NCBI GenBank assembly: GCA_963766935.1
Contig: CAVYBY010000012.1
Coordinates: forward strand, 20,945-84,944
DNA from: an uncultured Actinomycetes bacterium
Lineage (GTDB): Bacteria; Actinomycetota; UBA4738; HRBIN12
DNA length: 64,000 bases
Direction of reading: 5' to 3'
Shown here: piece after piece, positions 8,811 through 18,992 of the stretch
How positions within the stretch are numbered: position 1 is the stretch's first letter
Layout of the letters: the number at the start of each line of letters is the position of its first letter
Translations under genes and position numbers: made by a program
Notes under the pieces: model-generated
What the model was told of the DNA's origin: nothing
Databases searched by the model: none
What the model saw: only the letters and a program-made list of their open reading frames with translations

Positions 8811-10079
8811 CTACGAGCCCCCCGGCTCCGCGGGACTGCCGCTGCCCGGCTCCACCTCGACATCGGCGCCCATCCCGGACGGCTCGTAGTAGCGGCGTCC
8901 TTCGAATCGCTCGGGCCGGTACGCCTGCTCGACATGGTGGCCGGGCTCGTCGTGGGGGTATCGGTAGCCTTCCCCGTGGCCCAGCTTCCTGGCGCCGGGG
9001 CCCGAGGCGTCGCGCAGGTGGGGCGGGACGGACTCGGCGCCGGCAGCGTCCTCCTGCGCGCGGCCGAGCGAGACGATGACGCTGTTCGACTTTGGCGCCC
9101 GCGCGAGATACAGCGTGGCTTCGGCGAGGTTGATCCTGGCCTCCGGCAGGCCGACGTGCTCGACCGCCTGGGCCGCGGCCACCGCCACGACGAGCGCCAT
9201 CGGGTCAGCGAGGCCCACGTCCTCGCTCGCGTGGACGATCAGGCGGCGGGCGACGTAGCGCGGGTCCTCCCCCGCCTCGAGCATCCGAGCCAGCCAGAAG
9301 AGCGCGGCGTCGGGATCGGATCCACGGATCGACTTGATGAATGCGCTCACGACGTTGTAGTGCTGGTCTCCCTGGCGGTCGTACACGATCGGCTTCTTCT
9401 GCATCGCGTCGGCGACCCGGTCGCGGGTCAGCTCGGCGATCCCGGCGGCCCGCGCGGCGATGGCGGCCGCCTCGAGCCCTGCGAGCGCGGTTCGGGCATC
9501 GCCGCCGGATGCCTCCACCAGGTGCCCGAGCCCTTCGTCGTCGATCGTCAGCCCGTCCGCACCCAGCCCTCGTTCGCGGTCGGTGAGCGCCCGTGCGACC
9601 AGCTCGCGCAGGTCGTCCTCACCGAGCGGCTCGAGCCGAAGCAGCAGACACCGTGAGAGCAGCGGCGTGTTGAGCGAGAAGAACGGGTTCTCGGTCGTGG
9701 CCCCGATCAGGGTGACGGTGCCGTCCTCGACCGCCGGCAGCAGGACATCCTGTTGGGACTTGGACCAGCGATGGACCTCGTCGACGAAGAGCACGGTTTG
9801 GAACAGGCCGCCCCGCGCCCCCTCGACGATCTTGCGCGCATCCGCCACCCCGGAGGAAACCGCCGACAGCTGGGCGAGATGGGCCCCGACCTCGGCGGCG
9901 AGCAGGTGGGCAAGGGTCGTCTTCCCGCTGCCGGACGGACCCCAAAGGATCAGCGACGGGAGATGGCCCGCCTCGAGCATCTGCGTGAGCGCCAGCCCCG
10001 GCCCGATGAGATGCCGCTGACCGACGAACTCCTCGAGCGAGCTCGGACGCATCCGGGCCGGCAGGGGCGCCTCATGCAT
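8811..10079 (-). CDS. rarA: Replication-associated recombination protein A (AAA+ ATPase, MgsA/WRNIP family)
   Basis: 422 aa with Walker A GPSGSGKTT and the AeRMRP N-motif. Same position as Rv2559c. Confidence 0.9.
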   Translation of the reverse strand: MHEAPLPARMRPSSLEEFVGQRHLIGPGLALTQMLEAGHLPSLILWGPSGSGKTTLAHLLAAEVGAHLAQLSAVSSGVADARKIVEGARGGLFQTVLFVDEVHRWSKSQQDVLLPAVEDGTVTLIGATTENPFFSLNTPLLSRCLLLRLEPLGEDDLRELVARALTDRERGLGADGLTIDDEGLGHLVEASGGDARTALAGLEAAAIAARAAGIAELTRDRVADAMQKKPIVYDRQGDQHYNVVSAFIKSIRGSDPDAALFWLARMLEAGEDPRYVARRLIVHASEDVGLADPMALVVAVAAAQAVEHVGLPEARINLAEATLYLARAPKSNSVIVSLGRAQEDAAGAESVPPHLRDASGPGARKLGHGEGYRYPHDEPGHHVEQAYRPERFEGRRYYEPSGMGADVEVEPGSGSPAEPGGS

Positions 10080-10476
10080 CCGTTTTGGAGATCACATGGT
10101 CGGGCCGAATCCGGTACACGACACGAACCTGCCCGACGCGCGGCGTCCACGGCTCGCCGTCGTGGTAGCGACGGTTGAGAGCGTCGATGTGCGCCTCGGC
10201 CTCCGGCCCGGTCTCGATCGCAACGACGGTGCCCTGCACCGAGAGATACCGGTACGGATCGGACTGTTCGTGAATCGAGACGGCGACCCGCGGGTCGCGG
10301 CGGATGTTCCGATCCTTGCGGCGCCCGACGGCGGAGTTGACGAGGATCCGTCCCTCGTCGTCGGCGTCGACCCAGACCGGCGCCACGTGCGGCGCGCCGT
10401 CGGGGTCGATCGTGACGAAATGGGCGAAGTTCTTGCCCCGCAAGAGCTTCAGGTCATCCTCACTCAGTGTGCTCAT
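10072..10476 (-). CDS. Pyridoxamine 5'-phosphate oxidase-family / PPOX class F420-dependent enzyme
   Basis: 134 aa from the ATG at 10476 (FVTIDPDGAPHVAPVWV...). Its start makes an ATGA overlap with the aspS stop. The upstream extension of the ORF-track call (10977) reads as Arg-rich junk. Confidence 0.6.
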   Translation of the reverse strand: MSTLSEDDLKLLRGKNFAHFVTIDPDGAPHVAPVWVDADDEGRILVNSAVGRRKDRNIRRDPRVAVSIHEQSDPYRYLSVQGTVVAIETGPEAEAHIDALNRRYHDGEPWTPRVGQVRVVYRIRPDHVISKTDA

Positions 10477-12266
10477 CCACCCTCCCCCCGAGGCGCCGAG
10501 GGCGGCTCGGCGAGCCGGATCCCGAGCGACCGCAGCTGCTCGGGGTCGACCGGCGCCGGAGCGCCCGTGAGCGGATCCGCACCCGACTGCGCTTTTGGAA
10601 ACGCCGTGACCTCGCGGATCGCGTCCTTGCCGGCGAGCAGCATGACCAGCCGGTCGATGCCGAGCGCGATCCCGCCGTGCGGGGGCGCCCCGAACCGGAA
10701 TGCCTGCAGCAGGTGTCCGAACTGGGCTTCGGTCTCGTCGGGTCCAAGGCCGAGCACGCCGAAGACGCGCGCCTGCACGGCCGGGTCGTGGATCCGGATG
10801 CTGCCGCCGCCCAGCTCGTACCCGTTGAGCACGAGGTCGTACGCGCGAGCCGTTGCGGTGGCCGGATCGAGGTCGTCGGTCGCGGGGGCCGTGAAGGGGT
10901 GGTGCACGGAGACCCACTTTCCCTCCTCGTCGCTCCATTCGAACAGCGGCGGCTCCGTCATCCAGCAGTAGGCCCACGTTCCCTCGCCGATCAGACCCAG
11001 CCGGTCGGCAAGCGCGCGTCGCAGCCCGTCGAGCGCGACGTTCACGCGGTCGAGGCGGTCGGCGACGATGCAGACGAGGTCACCCGCGCCGGCGCCCGTG
11101 GCGCCGAGCACGGATGCGATCTCGTCGGGCGACAGATGCTTTTCGACCGGCGAGCGAACGGTGCCGCCGTCGCCGACGACCAGCCACACGAGACCGGCGG
11201 CGCCCCGTCCTTTGGCGTCCTGCACTAGCTGGTCGAGCTCGGACCGGCTGAACGAGCCCGCGCCCGGCGCGGCGAGGCCCTTGATCGCGCCACCCGAAGC
11301 GAGCGCCGAGGCGAACACGCCGAACGAGGTTCCTTCGAACGCCGCCGACAGGTCCGCCAGCTCCATCCCGTAGCGCAGGTCCGGCTTGTCCGAGCCGTAG
11401 CGCGACAGCATCTCCGCGTACGTCATGCGGGGAAACGGCTGCGGCACCTCGGCACCCACCAGACGCCGGACGATCTCCGCGTACAGCGGCTCGATCAGCG
11501 ACTGAATGTCCGCCTCGTCGACGAACGACATCTCCACGTCCAGCTGCGTGAACTCGAAGCTCCGGTCGGCGCGCGGCGCCTCGTCGCGGAGGCAGCGGAC
11601 GATCTGGTAGTAGCGATCCTGGCCCGCCACCATCAGCAGCTGCTTGAGCTGCTGCGGCGACTGCGGCAGCGCGTAGAACGTGCCGGGCCACAGCCGTGAC
11701 GGCACGAGGAAGTCGCGGGCCCCCTCGGGCGTGCTCCTCGTGAGCAGCGGGGTCTCGACTTCGACGAACCCGTGCTCGTCCATGTAGTCGCGGATCGTCT
11801 TGACCGTGTCGTGACGCAGACGAAGGATCCGCGTCATCTCCGGACGGCGAAGATCCAGGTACCGGTACTTGAGGCGCAGCTCTTCCCCCGCCTCGATCCG
11901 GTCTTCGATGGGAAAGGGCGGCGGCTCGGCGGCCGAGAGCACCTCGAGCCCTGCGGCGACGACCTCGACGTCGCCGGTCGCGAGGTTCGGGTTGGCCATT
12001 CCCGGGGGCCGCAACCGCACGGAGCCGGTGACGCGCACGACGTCCTCGGCGCCCAGATTCTGGGCGGCGGCGTGGGCGGCGGCGGCCTGCTCCGGGTGAA
12101 AGACAACCTGGACGGCGCCCTCGCGGTCGCGGAGGTCGATGAAGGTCACGCCCCCGTGGTCGCGACGCCGGGCGACCCACCCGCAGAGGGCAACCTCGGT
12201 CCCGGCGTGCTCGGCACCCAGCTGTCCGCAGGCGTGCGTGCGCATGGCCGTGCTCATGTCGCTCAC
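10473..12266 (-). CDS. aspS: Aspartate--tRNA ligase
   Basis: 597 aa with class II aaRS motifs and an anticodon-binding OB fold. The start is GTG at 12266 (GTGA overlap with the hisS stop); an alternative ATG lies at 12257. Confidence 0.95.
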   Translation of the reverse strand: MSDMSTAMRTHACGQLGAEHAGTEVALCGWVARRRDHGGVTFIDLRDREGAVQVVFHPEQAAAAHAAAQNLGAEDVVRVTGSVRLRPPGMANPNLATGDVEVVAAGLEVLSAAEPPPFPIEDRIEAGEELRLKYRYLDLRRPEMTRILRLRHDTVKTIRDYMDEHGFVEVETPLLTRSTPEGARDFLVPSRLWPGTFYALPQSPQQLKQLLMVAGQDRYYQIVRCLRDEAPRADRSFEFTQLDVEMSFVDEADIQSLIEPLYAEIVRRLVGAEVPQPFPRMTYAEMLSRYGSDKPDLRYGMELADLSAAFEGTSFGVFASALASGGAIKGLAAPGAGSFSRSELDQLVQDAKGRGAAGLVWLVVGDGGTVRSPVEKHLSPDEIASVLGATGAGAGDLVCIVADRLDRVNVALDGLRRALADRLGLIGEGTWAYCWMTEPPLFEWSDEEGKWVSVHHPFTAPATDDLDPATATARAYDLVLNGYELGGGSIRIHDPAVQARVFGVLGLGPDETEAQFGHLLQAFRFGAPPHGGIALGIDRLVMLLAGKDAIREVTAFPKAQSGADPLTGAPAPVDPEQLRSLGIRLAEPPSAPRGEGG

Positions 12267-13531
12267 GAGGTTCCTCCCGCCGCGGAGAGCCGGCCGACCG
12301 CTTCGGCCGCGGGCACCGTCTCCTGCATCCCGTCGGCGAGCCGTCGAAGCGTGACCGACCCCGCCTCCCGCTCACGCTCACCCAGGATCGCGACGAACGC
12401 GGCGCCGGCGCGATCCGCCATCCGCAGCTGGGCCTTGAGCGGCCGCTCCTCGAACGAGGCCCCCGACGGCACGCCGGCGTCCCGCAGCTCGCGCACGAAC
12501 GCCGAGGCCGCATCGGCCGAGCCAGGGCCGATACCGACGACGAAGCAGAGCCCTCCGGCTCGCTCGGGGGCGGGCAGCGACTCGCGCTCCATCGCCAGCA
12601 GGACTCGGTCGAGTCCCATGCCGAAGCCGACCCCCGGCGTCGGCGGTCCTCCGAGCAGCTCGGCGAGGCCGTCGTATCGTCCGCCGCCGCACACCGTCTC
12701 CGCCTGCGTGCCGGCGAGCGAGGGCGCCACGAACTCGAACGCGGTTCGCGTGTAGTAGTCGAGGCCGCGAACCAGGCTCGGCGCAAGCTCGAAGGCGACG
12801 CCCTCGGCCGCAAGCCCGGCGCGAACGGCCCCGAAGTGCTCCGCGCACGGCGCGCACAGATGATCGGAGACGGCCGGGGCGGCCAGGACGAAGTCCTTCT
12901 GTCCGTCCACCTTGCAGTCGAGCACCCGGAGCGGGTTGGTGCGGAGCCGGCGCCGGCAGTCGTCGTCGAGATCGTCCAGGTGCGGCTCCAGATACGCCAC
13001 GAGCAGCCCCCGATACGCCGGCCGGCAGACCTCGTCGCCGATGGAGTTGAGATGCAGCACCGCATCGAGCCCGCGCCCGCGCAGATACCGGTCTGCCGTC
13101 GCGACGACCTCCACGTCGGCCGCGGGCGATTCGGCTCCGATCGTCTCCACCCCGAAGACGCGGAACTCGCGCAGACGTCCGGCGCCCGGGCGGTTGTGCC
13201 GGTAGTTCGCGTTGACGTAGTAGCTCTTGAACGGCGCCGGCAGCTCCTGCGTGTGCGCCAGATAGGCGCGCACCACCGGCGCGGTGCTCTCGGGGCGAAG
13301 GGTCAGCGATCGCCCGGCCTTGTCCTCGAACGTGTACATCTCCTTCGTCACGACGTCCGACGTCTCGCCGGAGGTCCGTGAGAACAGCTCCGTGTGCTCG
13401 AATGCCGGGGTCTCGACGTAGCGGTATCCGAACAGCGCCGCCACGCGATGGGCTTCGTCCTCGAGCGCCAGCATCGCCTCCGAGCGCGGCGGCAGGAGGT
13501 CGTCGGTGCCACGCGGCGGAGCGATCTCCAT
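12263..13531 (-). CDS. hisS: Histidine--tRNA ligase
   Basis: The ORF-track call (start 14110) runs through the upstream gene in another frame. The true start is the ATG at 13531 (MEIAPPRGTDDLLPPRSE..., 422 aa), which makes an ATGA overlap with the MBL hydrolase stop. Confidence 0.9.
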   Translation of the reverse strand: MEIAPPRGTDDLLPPRSEAMLALEDEAHRVAALFGYRYVETPAFEHTELFSRTSGETSDVVTKEMYTFEDKAGRSLTLRPESTAPVVRAYLAHTQELPAPFKSYYVNANYRHNRPGAGRLREFRVFGVETIGAESPAADVEVVATADRYLRGRGLDAVLHLNSIGDEVCRPAYRGLLVAYLEPHLDDLDDDCRRRLRTNPLRVLDCKVDGQKDFVLAAPAVSDHLCAPCAEHFGAVRAGLAAEGVAFELAPSLVRGLDYYTRTAFEFVAPSLAGTQAETVCGGGRYDGLAELLGGPPTPGVGFGMGLDRVLLAMERESLPAPERAGGLCFVVGIGPGSADAASAFVRELRDAGVPSGASFEERPLKAQLRMADRAGAAFVAILGEREREAGSVTLRRLADGMQETVPAAEAVGRLSAAGGTS

Positions 13532-14175
13532 CACACAAGCTCCCGCAGGAACGGGTTGGAGGCGCGCTCCCGCCCCACCGTCGTTCGCGATCCGTGGCCG
13601 GGAAAGACCTCCAGTGCGTCCGGCAGCAGCAGGAATCGCGACAGGCTTTCCCGCATCAGCACCGGGTCGGAATTCGAGAAGTCGGAGCGCCCGATCGAGC
13701 CCGCGAAGACGAGGTCCCCGGAAAGGACCATCAGGTCTTCGTCGACACGGAAGCAACAGTGGCCGGGGGTGTGCCCCGGCGTGTGGAGCACCTCGATCGA
13801 CATGCCGCCGAGGGAGAGCACCTCTTTGTCCCGGACGGGCCGCAGGTCGCGCGCGGGCTCGAGCGTCTCCGCGAACTCGCCCCACGCCTTGGGGTCGTGA
13901 AACGCGAGCGCGTCCGCCTCGTGGATGTAGACGGGAAGGTCCCCGGCGAAGATGCCGGCCTGCCAGGCATGATCGAGATGGGCGTGGGTGAGCAGCACCG
14001 CGACGGGATTGATCCCGGCGCGGTCGAGCATCGAGTGGATCGTCTCGGGCTCGAACCCGGGGTCGACGACCACCGCGCCGTCCGAGGTCCGGGAGGCAAG
14101 CAACCAGCAATTGGTCCCGTAGGGATTGGCATCGAAGACGTCCAGATACGTGAGCGGGACCATGGGCGGCGTCAT
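13531..14175 (-). CDS. MBL-fold metallo-hydrolase (glyoxalase II-like)
   Basis: 214 aa with THAHLDHAW and PGHTPGH motifs. It shares Rv2581c-like synteny next to hisS. Confidence 0.8.
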   Translation of the reverse strand: MTPPMVPLTYLDVFDANPYGTNCWLLASRTSDGAVVVDPGFEPETIHSMLDRAGINPVAVLLTHAHLDHAWQAGIFAGDLPVYIHEADALAFHDPKAWGEFAETLEPARDLRPVRDKEVLSLGGMSIEVLHTPGHTPGHCCFRVDEDLMVLSGDLVFAGSIGRSDFSNSDPVLMRESLSRFLLLPDALEVFPGHGSRTTVGRERASNPFLRELV

Positions 14176-14227
14176 CTTAGCCGGTGCCTCTGCGGGCCCC
14201 GGCCGGAGCCGGGACTAGGCTGTCATC

Positions 14228-14611
14228 GTGGAGCGCGCGGTGATCCTGTTCGACGACGACTGCGGCTTCTGCCGCTGGTCGGTGGTGAAGCTGCAGCGCT
14301 GGGATCGCGGCCACCGGCTCCGCCCACTTGCGTTGCAGACCGAGGAGGCCACCAGCCTGCTCGGTCCGATGGATCCGCAGACCAGGATGGCCTCCTGGCA
14401 CCTGGTCACCGCCGACGGGCGCGTCCACTCCGGAGGGGATGCGGTGGCTCCCCTCGCCCGGCTCCTGCCCGCGGGAGCTCCGATCGCGGCGCTCGCGCGG
14501 ACCTTCCCGGCGGCGACCTCGGCGGCCTATCGGTGGGTGACTCGGCACCGCGACGGACTGGGTCGCGCAGTCGGCCAGCGGGCCTGTTCGGTCCAGCCGA
14601 GGAACGGCTAG
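14228..14611 (+). CDS. DCC1-like thiol-disulfide oxidoreductase family protein (DUF393)
   Basis: 127 aa with an N-terminal [12 protein letters not shown] CxxC motif. It is the only plus-strand gene between 2.1 and 32.2 kb. Confidence 0.6.
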   Translation: MERAVILFDDDCGFCRWSVVKLQRWDRGHRLRPLALQTEEATSLLGPMDPQTRMASWHLVTADGRVHSGGDAVAPLARLLPAGAPIAALARTFPAATSAAYRWVTRHRDGLGRAVGQRACSVQPRNG

Positions 14612-15054
14612 CTCGTCCCGGTCTCCAGCACCAAGGTGAGCGGACCGTCGTTCACGAGCTCGACCGCCATGTCCGCCCCGAAACGACCGCGGGACACCGC
14701 GATGCCGCGCGACTCGAGCGCGGCCGCGAACGCCTCGACCCGCTCCGCGGCCAGCGGTGGATCCTCCGCGGCGGTCCACGAAGGCCGCCGGCCCTTCGAC
14801 AGGTCGCCGTAGAGCGTGAACTGGGAGACGACCAGCGCTTCGCCTCCCACGTCGGTGATGTCGAGGTTCGTCTTGCCCTGTTCGTCGGCGAACACCCGGA
14901 GCGTGGCGATCTTGGCCGCCAGGCGTTCCGCGTCCTCGGGCACGTCACCCCGGCCGACACCGACGAGCAACAGCAGCCCGCGTCCGATCGCCGCGATCTG
15001 GCCGCCGTCGACGCCGACGCTCGCCCGGGTCACCCGCTGCAGGACGACCCGCAC
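14608..15054 (-). CDS. dtd: D-aminoacyl-tRNA deacylase
   Basis: 148 aa with MRVVLQRV...SQFTLYGD motifs. It lies directly downstream of relA, a widely conserved pairing. Confidence 0.85.
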   Translation of the reverse strand: MRVVLQRVTRASVGVDGGQIAAIGRGLLLLVGVGRGDVPEDAERLAAKIATLRVFADEQGKTNLDITDVGGEALVVSQFTLYGDLSKGRRPSWTAAEDPPLAAERVEAFAAALESRGIAVSRGRFGADMAVELVNDGPLTLVLETGTS

Positions 15055-17322
15055 CTATTGCGGGACCATCCGGTAGGCGTCGAAGACGCTCTCCACCCGC
15101 TTGACGGCCGCGAGGACGCTGGATAGATGCGCGATGTCGCCCAGCTCGAACGCAAAGCGGAGCCGGGTGATCCGGTCCTTCCCGGTGGTCGAGGTGGCCG
15201 AGAGGATGTTGACGTGATTGTCCGAGAGTGTGGTCGCGACATCGGACAGAAGCCGCACGCGGTCGAGCGCCTCCACCTGGATGGCGACCACGAACGAGGT
15301 CGGCTTGCCCTCGGCCCACGTCACCTGGATGAGCCGTTCGGGTTCGCGCCGGAGCGACCCGACGTTCGGACAGTCGACCCGGTGCACGCTCACACCCTGA
15401 CCGCGCGTCACGAAACCGACGATGTCGTCGCCGGGCGCCGGCGTGCAGCAGCGGCCCAATCGCACCCACAGATCCGAGGTCCCCTCCACCACCACCCCGT
15501 GTGAGACCTCCGAGGGCGCGATCACGACCGGCCGCGCCAGCGGCACCTCGATCACGTCCTCCTCGATCGTCCCCGACAAGAGCCTGGAGAGCCGGGCCAC
15601 GACCGATTGCGGCGAGACGCGTCCCTCCCCCACCGCGACGAACAGCGACTCGAGGTCGGGGTGGTTGAGGTCGCGCGCGACCTGCTCGAGCGTCTCCTCC
15701 GACGCGAGCCGCTTGATCGGCAGGTTCTGCTTGCGCATCGCCCGCTGGACGGCGTCGCGGCCCATCTCCATGGCGTCCTCGCGCCGCCCACGGGAGAACC
15801 ATTGGCGGATCTTGTTGCGCGCGCGGGGTGTGTTGACGAACTTCAGCCAGTCCTGCGACGGTCCCTCGCCCTCGGCCTTCGAGGTGAGCACCTCGATCGA
15901 CTCGCCGGTGCGCACCTCGTAGTCGAGCGGGACGAGCTTCCCGTTGACCTTCGCGCCGATCGTCCGGTGACCCACCTCGGTGTGGATCGCGTAGGCGAAG
16001 TCGACCGGTGTCGCCCCATGCGGCAGGTTGATCACGTCGCCCTTGGGCGTGAAGACGAACACGCGGCCGCCCGAGAGGTCGATCCGAAGGCCCTCCATGA
16101 ACTCCCGCGGGTCGGCCATGTCCTTCAGCCACTCCATCATCTGGCCGAGCCAGGCGAGGTCGTCCTTCGACGTCTTCGCCCCCTCCTTGTACCGCCAGTG
16201 CGCGGCAATCCCGAATTGGGCGGTGGTGTTCATTTCGCGCGTACGGATCTGGATCTCGAGCGGCGTCCCCTCTGGTCCGACCACCGTCGTGTGCAGAGAC
16301 TGGTACATGTTGGGCTTGGGCATCGCCACGTAGTCCTTGAACCGTCCGGGGACGGGCTTCCACAGGACGTGCACGGCGCCGAGCGCTCCGTAGCAGTCGC
16401 GGAGCGAGCCGACCTGGATGCGGATCCCGACCAGGTCGTAGATCTCGTTGAACTCCTTGCCCCGGATCACCATCTTTTCGTAGATGGAATACAGGTGCTT
16501 CGGGCGGCCCTCGACCTCGCCCTTGATCCCCAGCTCTTTGAGCTTGTCCCGAGCCTCCGACGTCACGCGCTGGATCAGGGCCTGCCGCTGTCCCCGGCGA
16601 CTTTCGACGAGCCGGGCGATCTCGTGGTACGGCCCCGGGTGCAGGGTTTTGAACGCGAGGTCCTCGAGCTCCCACTTCAACTCCTGGACGCCGAGGCGGT
16701 TGGCGAGCGGGGCGTAGATCTCGAGCGTCTCGATCGCGATCCGCCGCTGCTTCGGCTCGGCGAGCACGTCGAGCGTCCGCATGTTGTGCAGTCGGTCCGC
16801 AAGCTTGATCAGCAGCACGCGGATGTCGCCCGCCATCGCGACGATCATCTTGCGGACGTTTTCCGCCTGCTCCTGCTCCCGGCTGCGGAACTCGAAGTGA
16901 TCGAGCTTGGTAAGACCGTCCACGATCCGGCCGATCTCGGGGCCGAACTGCTCCTCGATGTCGTCGAGCGACACGTCGGTGTCCTCGACGGTGTCGTGCA
17001 GGAGCGCGGCCTGCAGGGTGGTGGTGTCGAGCCGCAGCTCCGCGAGGATCCCGGCCACGGCGAGGGGGTGCTCGATGAAATCGCCGCCCGAGAGCCGCTT
17101 CTGGCCCTCGTGGTGGGCCTCGGCGAACCGGTAGGCGTGCTCGATCCCTTTGAGGTCGGCCTTCGGGTTGTACGAGCGAATCTTCTTGAGCAGCGGGCTC
17201 AGACCGGCGGGGGCCGACGCGTCGAGCCGGCGGCGCCGCGGCAGCGGGAGTCGGGCGCCGCGCCTTCCGGCCGGCGCGTCTCGCTGCTCGACGCCGACGT
17301 GCTCCGGCTCCGGGTTCTCCAC
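15055..17322 (-). CDS. relA: Bifunctional (p)ppGpp synthetase/hydrolase Rel (RelA/SpoT)
   Basis: 755 aa with HD hydrolase (HDTVEDT), synthetase, TGS and ACT domains. The start is GTG at 17322 with a GGAGGTG SD. Confidence 0.95.
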   Translation of the reverse strand: MENPEPEHVGVEQRDAPAGRRGARLPLPRRRRLDASAPAGLSPLLKKIRSYNPKADLKGIEHAYRFAEAHHEGQKRLSGGDFIEHPLAVAGILAELRLDTTTLQAALLHDTVEDTDVSLDDIEEQFGPEIGRIVDGLTKLDHFEFRSREQEQAENVRKMIVAMAGDIRVLLIKLADRLHNMRTLDVLAEPKQRRIAIETLEIYAPLANRLGVQELKWELEDLAFKTLHPGPYHEIARLVESRRGQRQALIQRVTSEARDKLKELGIKGEVEGRPKHLYSIYEKMVIRGKEFNEIYDLVGIRIQVGSLRDCYGALGAVHVLWKPVPGRFKDYVAMPKPNMYQSLHTTVVGPEGTPLEIQIRTREMNTTAQFGIAAHWRYKEGAKTSKDDLAWLGQMMEWLKDMADPREFMEGLRIDLSGGRVFVFTPKGDVINLPHGATPVDFAYAIHTEVGHRTIGAKVNGKLVPLDYEVRTGESIEVLTSKAEGEGPSQDWLKFVNTPRARNKIRQWFSRGRREDAMEMGRDAVQRAMRKQNLPIKRLASEETLEQVARDLNHPDLESLFVAVGEGRVSPQSVVARLSRLLSGTIEEDVIEVPLARPVVIAPSEVSHGVVVEGTSDLWVRLGRCCTPAPGDDIVGFVTRGQGVSVHRVDCPNVGSLRREPERLIQVTWAEGKPTSFVVAIQVEALDRVRLLSDVATTLSDNHVNILSATSTTGKDRITRLRFAFELGDIAHLSSVLAAVKRVESVFDAYRMVPQ

Positions 17323-17365
17323 ACGACCACCTCCGGTCCAGTGTACCGGCGGTCCTCGGTGGCCC

Positions 17366-17887
17366 TCAGTACTTGATCAGGGTGAACAGCTCGTAATCGG
17401 TGAGCCGGTCGCGGCCGTTCAGGAACCCGAGCTCGATCAGACAGGCGATGCCGCAGACCTTTCCACCGATCGCTTCGACGAGCGAGGCGGCGGCCTCGGC
17501 GGTGCCACCGGTCGCGAGCACGTCGTCGACGACGAGCACGCGCTCCCCCGGGCGGATGGCGTCGCGGTGCAATTCGAGCGTGGCGGTCCCGTATTCCAGC
17601 TGATAGTCCGCGTCGACCGTCTCCCAGGGCAGCTTCCCCTTCTTGCGGATGGGCACGAACCCGGCGCCGAAGTGGTAGGCGACCGGCGAGGCGAGGATGA
17701 ACCCGCGCGCCTCGATGCCGACCACCTTGTCGACGTTGCCACGGCCGAAGCGGACGACGATCAGATCGGTGATCGTCGAAAAGGCGATGGGGTCGGCCAG
17801 GAGCGGGGTGATGTCCTTGAACACGATGCCCGGCTCGGGGAAGTCCGGCACATCGCGGACCAGCGCCCGGATCTGCTCGAGCTCCAC
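17366..17887 (-). CDS. apt: Adenine phosphoribosyltransferase
   Basis: The ORF-track start at 18199 gives a ~100 aa Arg/Pro junk leader. The GTG at 17887 has an AGGAGG SD and yields 173 aa (VLVVDDVLATGGT PRPP motif). Confidence 0.85.
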   Translation of the reverse strand: MELEQIRALVRDVPDFPEPGIVFKDITPLLADPIAFSTITDLIVVRFGRGNVDKVVGIEARGFILASPVAYHFGAGFVPIRKKGKLPWETVDADYQLEYGTATLELHRDAIRPGERVLVVDDVLATGGTAEAAASLVEAIGGKVCGIACLIELGFLNGRDRLTDYELFTLIKY

Positions 17888-17891
17888 CGGC

Positions 17892-18992
17892 CTACCTCCT
17901 GCGCTTCTTCGCCGGGGGCCGTTTCCGGCTCTTCGGTCTGGGTCGGGCGCTCGCGCCGGTCCGCGCAGTGACGGCGGTCGCCGCCGCGTCCGAGGCGGCG
18001 GCGGCGGGCGCGGCCTGCTCCTTGCGCGCCGCCTTGCCGGCCTGCGCCTCCCGCGGCCGCCGCCCGTCCGTCCGGGTCTTCGCCCGCTGCCGCTCGCGGA
18101 CGACGGTGAGGATCGGCGCCGCGACGAAGATGGACGAGTAGGCGCCGACGGCGACCCCAACGAACATCGCGAAGGCGAAGTCCTTGAGCGTGTCGCCACC
18201 GAACAGCAGCAGGGACAGGATCGGGATCAACACGACGAGGGACGTGTTGACCGAGCGCATCAGCACCTGGTTCAGGGACATGTTCACGACGGCGGAGTAC
18301 CCGTGCCGGGACACGAGCACGGTCGACTCCGTGTTCTCCTGCACCTTGTCGTAGATCACGACGGTGTCGTAGAGCGAGAACCCGAGGATCGTGAGGATCG
18401 CGATGACCGTCTCGGGCGTCACTTCGCGACCGGTCAGGGCATAGAACCCCGCCGTGATCGTTACGTCGTGAATCAGCGCTACGAACGCGCCGATCGCCAT
18501 CTCCGTGGAGAAGCGGAGCCCGACGTAGAGCGCGATCGCGACGAGCACGATGACGAGCCCACGGATCGCTTTGTTCGAGATCTCCTTGCCCCAGGTCGGG
18601 CCGATGTCCTCGACCGAGACCTCCTCGACGGTCGTACCGGCCAGCTTCGCCAGATCGCTTCGGAGCTGGTCGGACCCGGTGACGCTTCCGAGCGACTCCG
18701 CGCGGATCGACACGGTGTTCCCGTTGACGATCTGAACCTCCGCGTTGGCGACGCCCCCGTCGGTCAGCACGCCCTTGATCTGGTCCACCGTCAGCGCTTT
18801 CCTGATGGGAAAGCTGACCTGAGCGCCTCCTTCGAAGTCGATCGAGTAGTTGAGGCCGCGAATCACCAGCGCGCCGATGGAGATCGCAAGCAGCGCGCCG
18901 GAGAACGCGAACCACTTGTTCCGGCGCCCGACGACGTCGATGTCCGGGACGTGCTCCCCGCGGTACACGGCGACCAGATGACCGAGGTTCAC
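17892..18992 (-). CDS. secF: Protein-export membrane protein SecF
   Basis: 366 aa with SecF TM topology. The GTG start makes a GTGA overlap with the secD stop. Confidence 0.9.
   Translation of the reverse strand: MNLGHLVAVYRGEHVPDIDVVGRRNKWFAFSGALLAISIGALVIRGLNYSIDFEGGAQVSFPIRKALTVDQIKGVLTDGGVANAEVQIVNGNTVSIRAESLGSVTGSDQLRSDLAKLAGTTVEEVSVEDIGPTWGKEISNKAIRGLVIVLVAIALYVGLRFSTEMAIGAFVALIHDVTITAGFYALTGREVTPETVIAILTILGFSLYDTVVIYDKVQENTESTVLVSRHGYSAVVNMSLNQVLMRSVNTSLVVLIPILSLLLFGGDTLKDFAFAMFVGVAVGAYSSIFVAAPILTVVRERQRAKTRTDGRRPREAQAGKAARKEQAAPAAAASDAAATAVTARTGASARPRPKSRKRPPAKKRRR

Noticed and set aside
14176-14227. A CCCGGC-N4-GCCGGG inverted repeat in the MBL/DCC divergent spacer that might be an operator
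   Set aside because: It is a GC-rich 6-mer palindrome of a kind expected by chance at this base composition. It has no associated regulator gene and no second copy elsewhere in the window.
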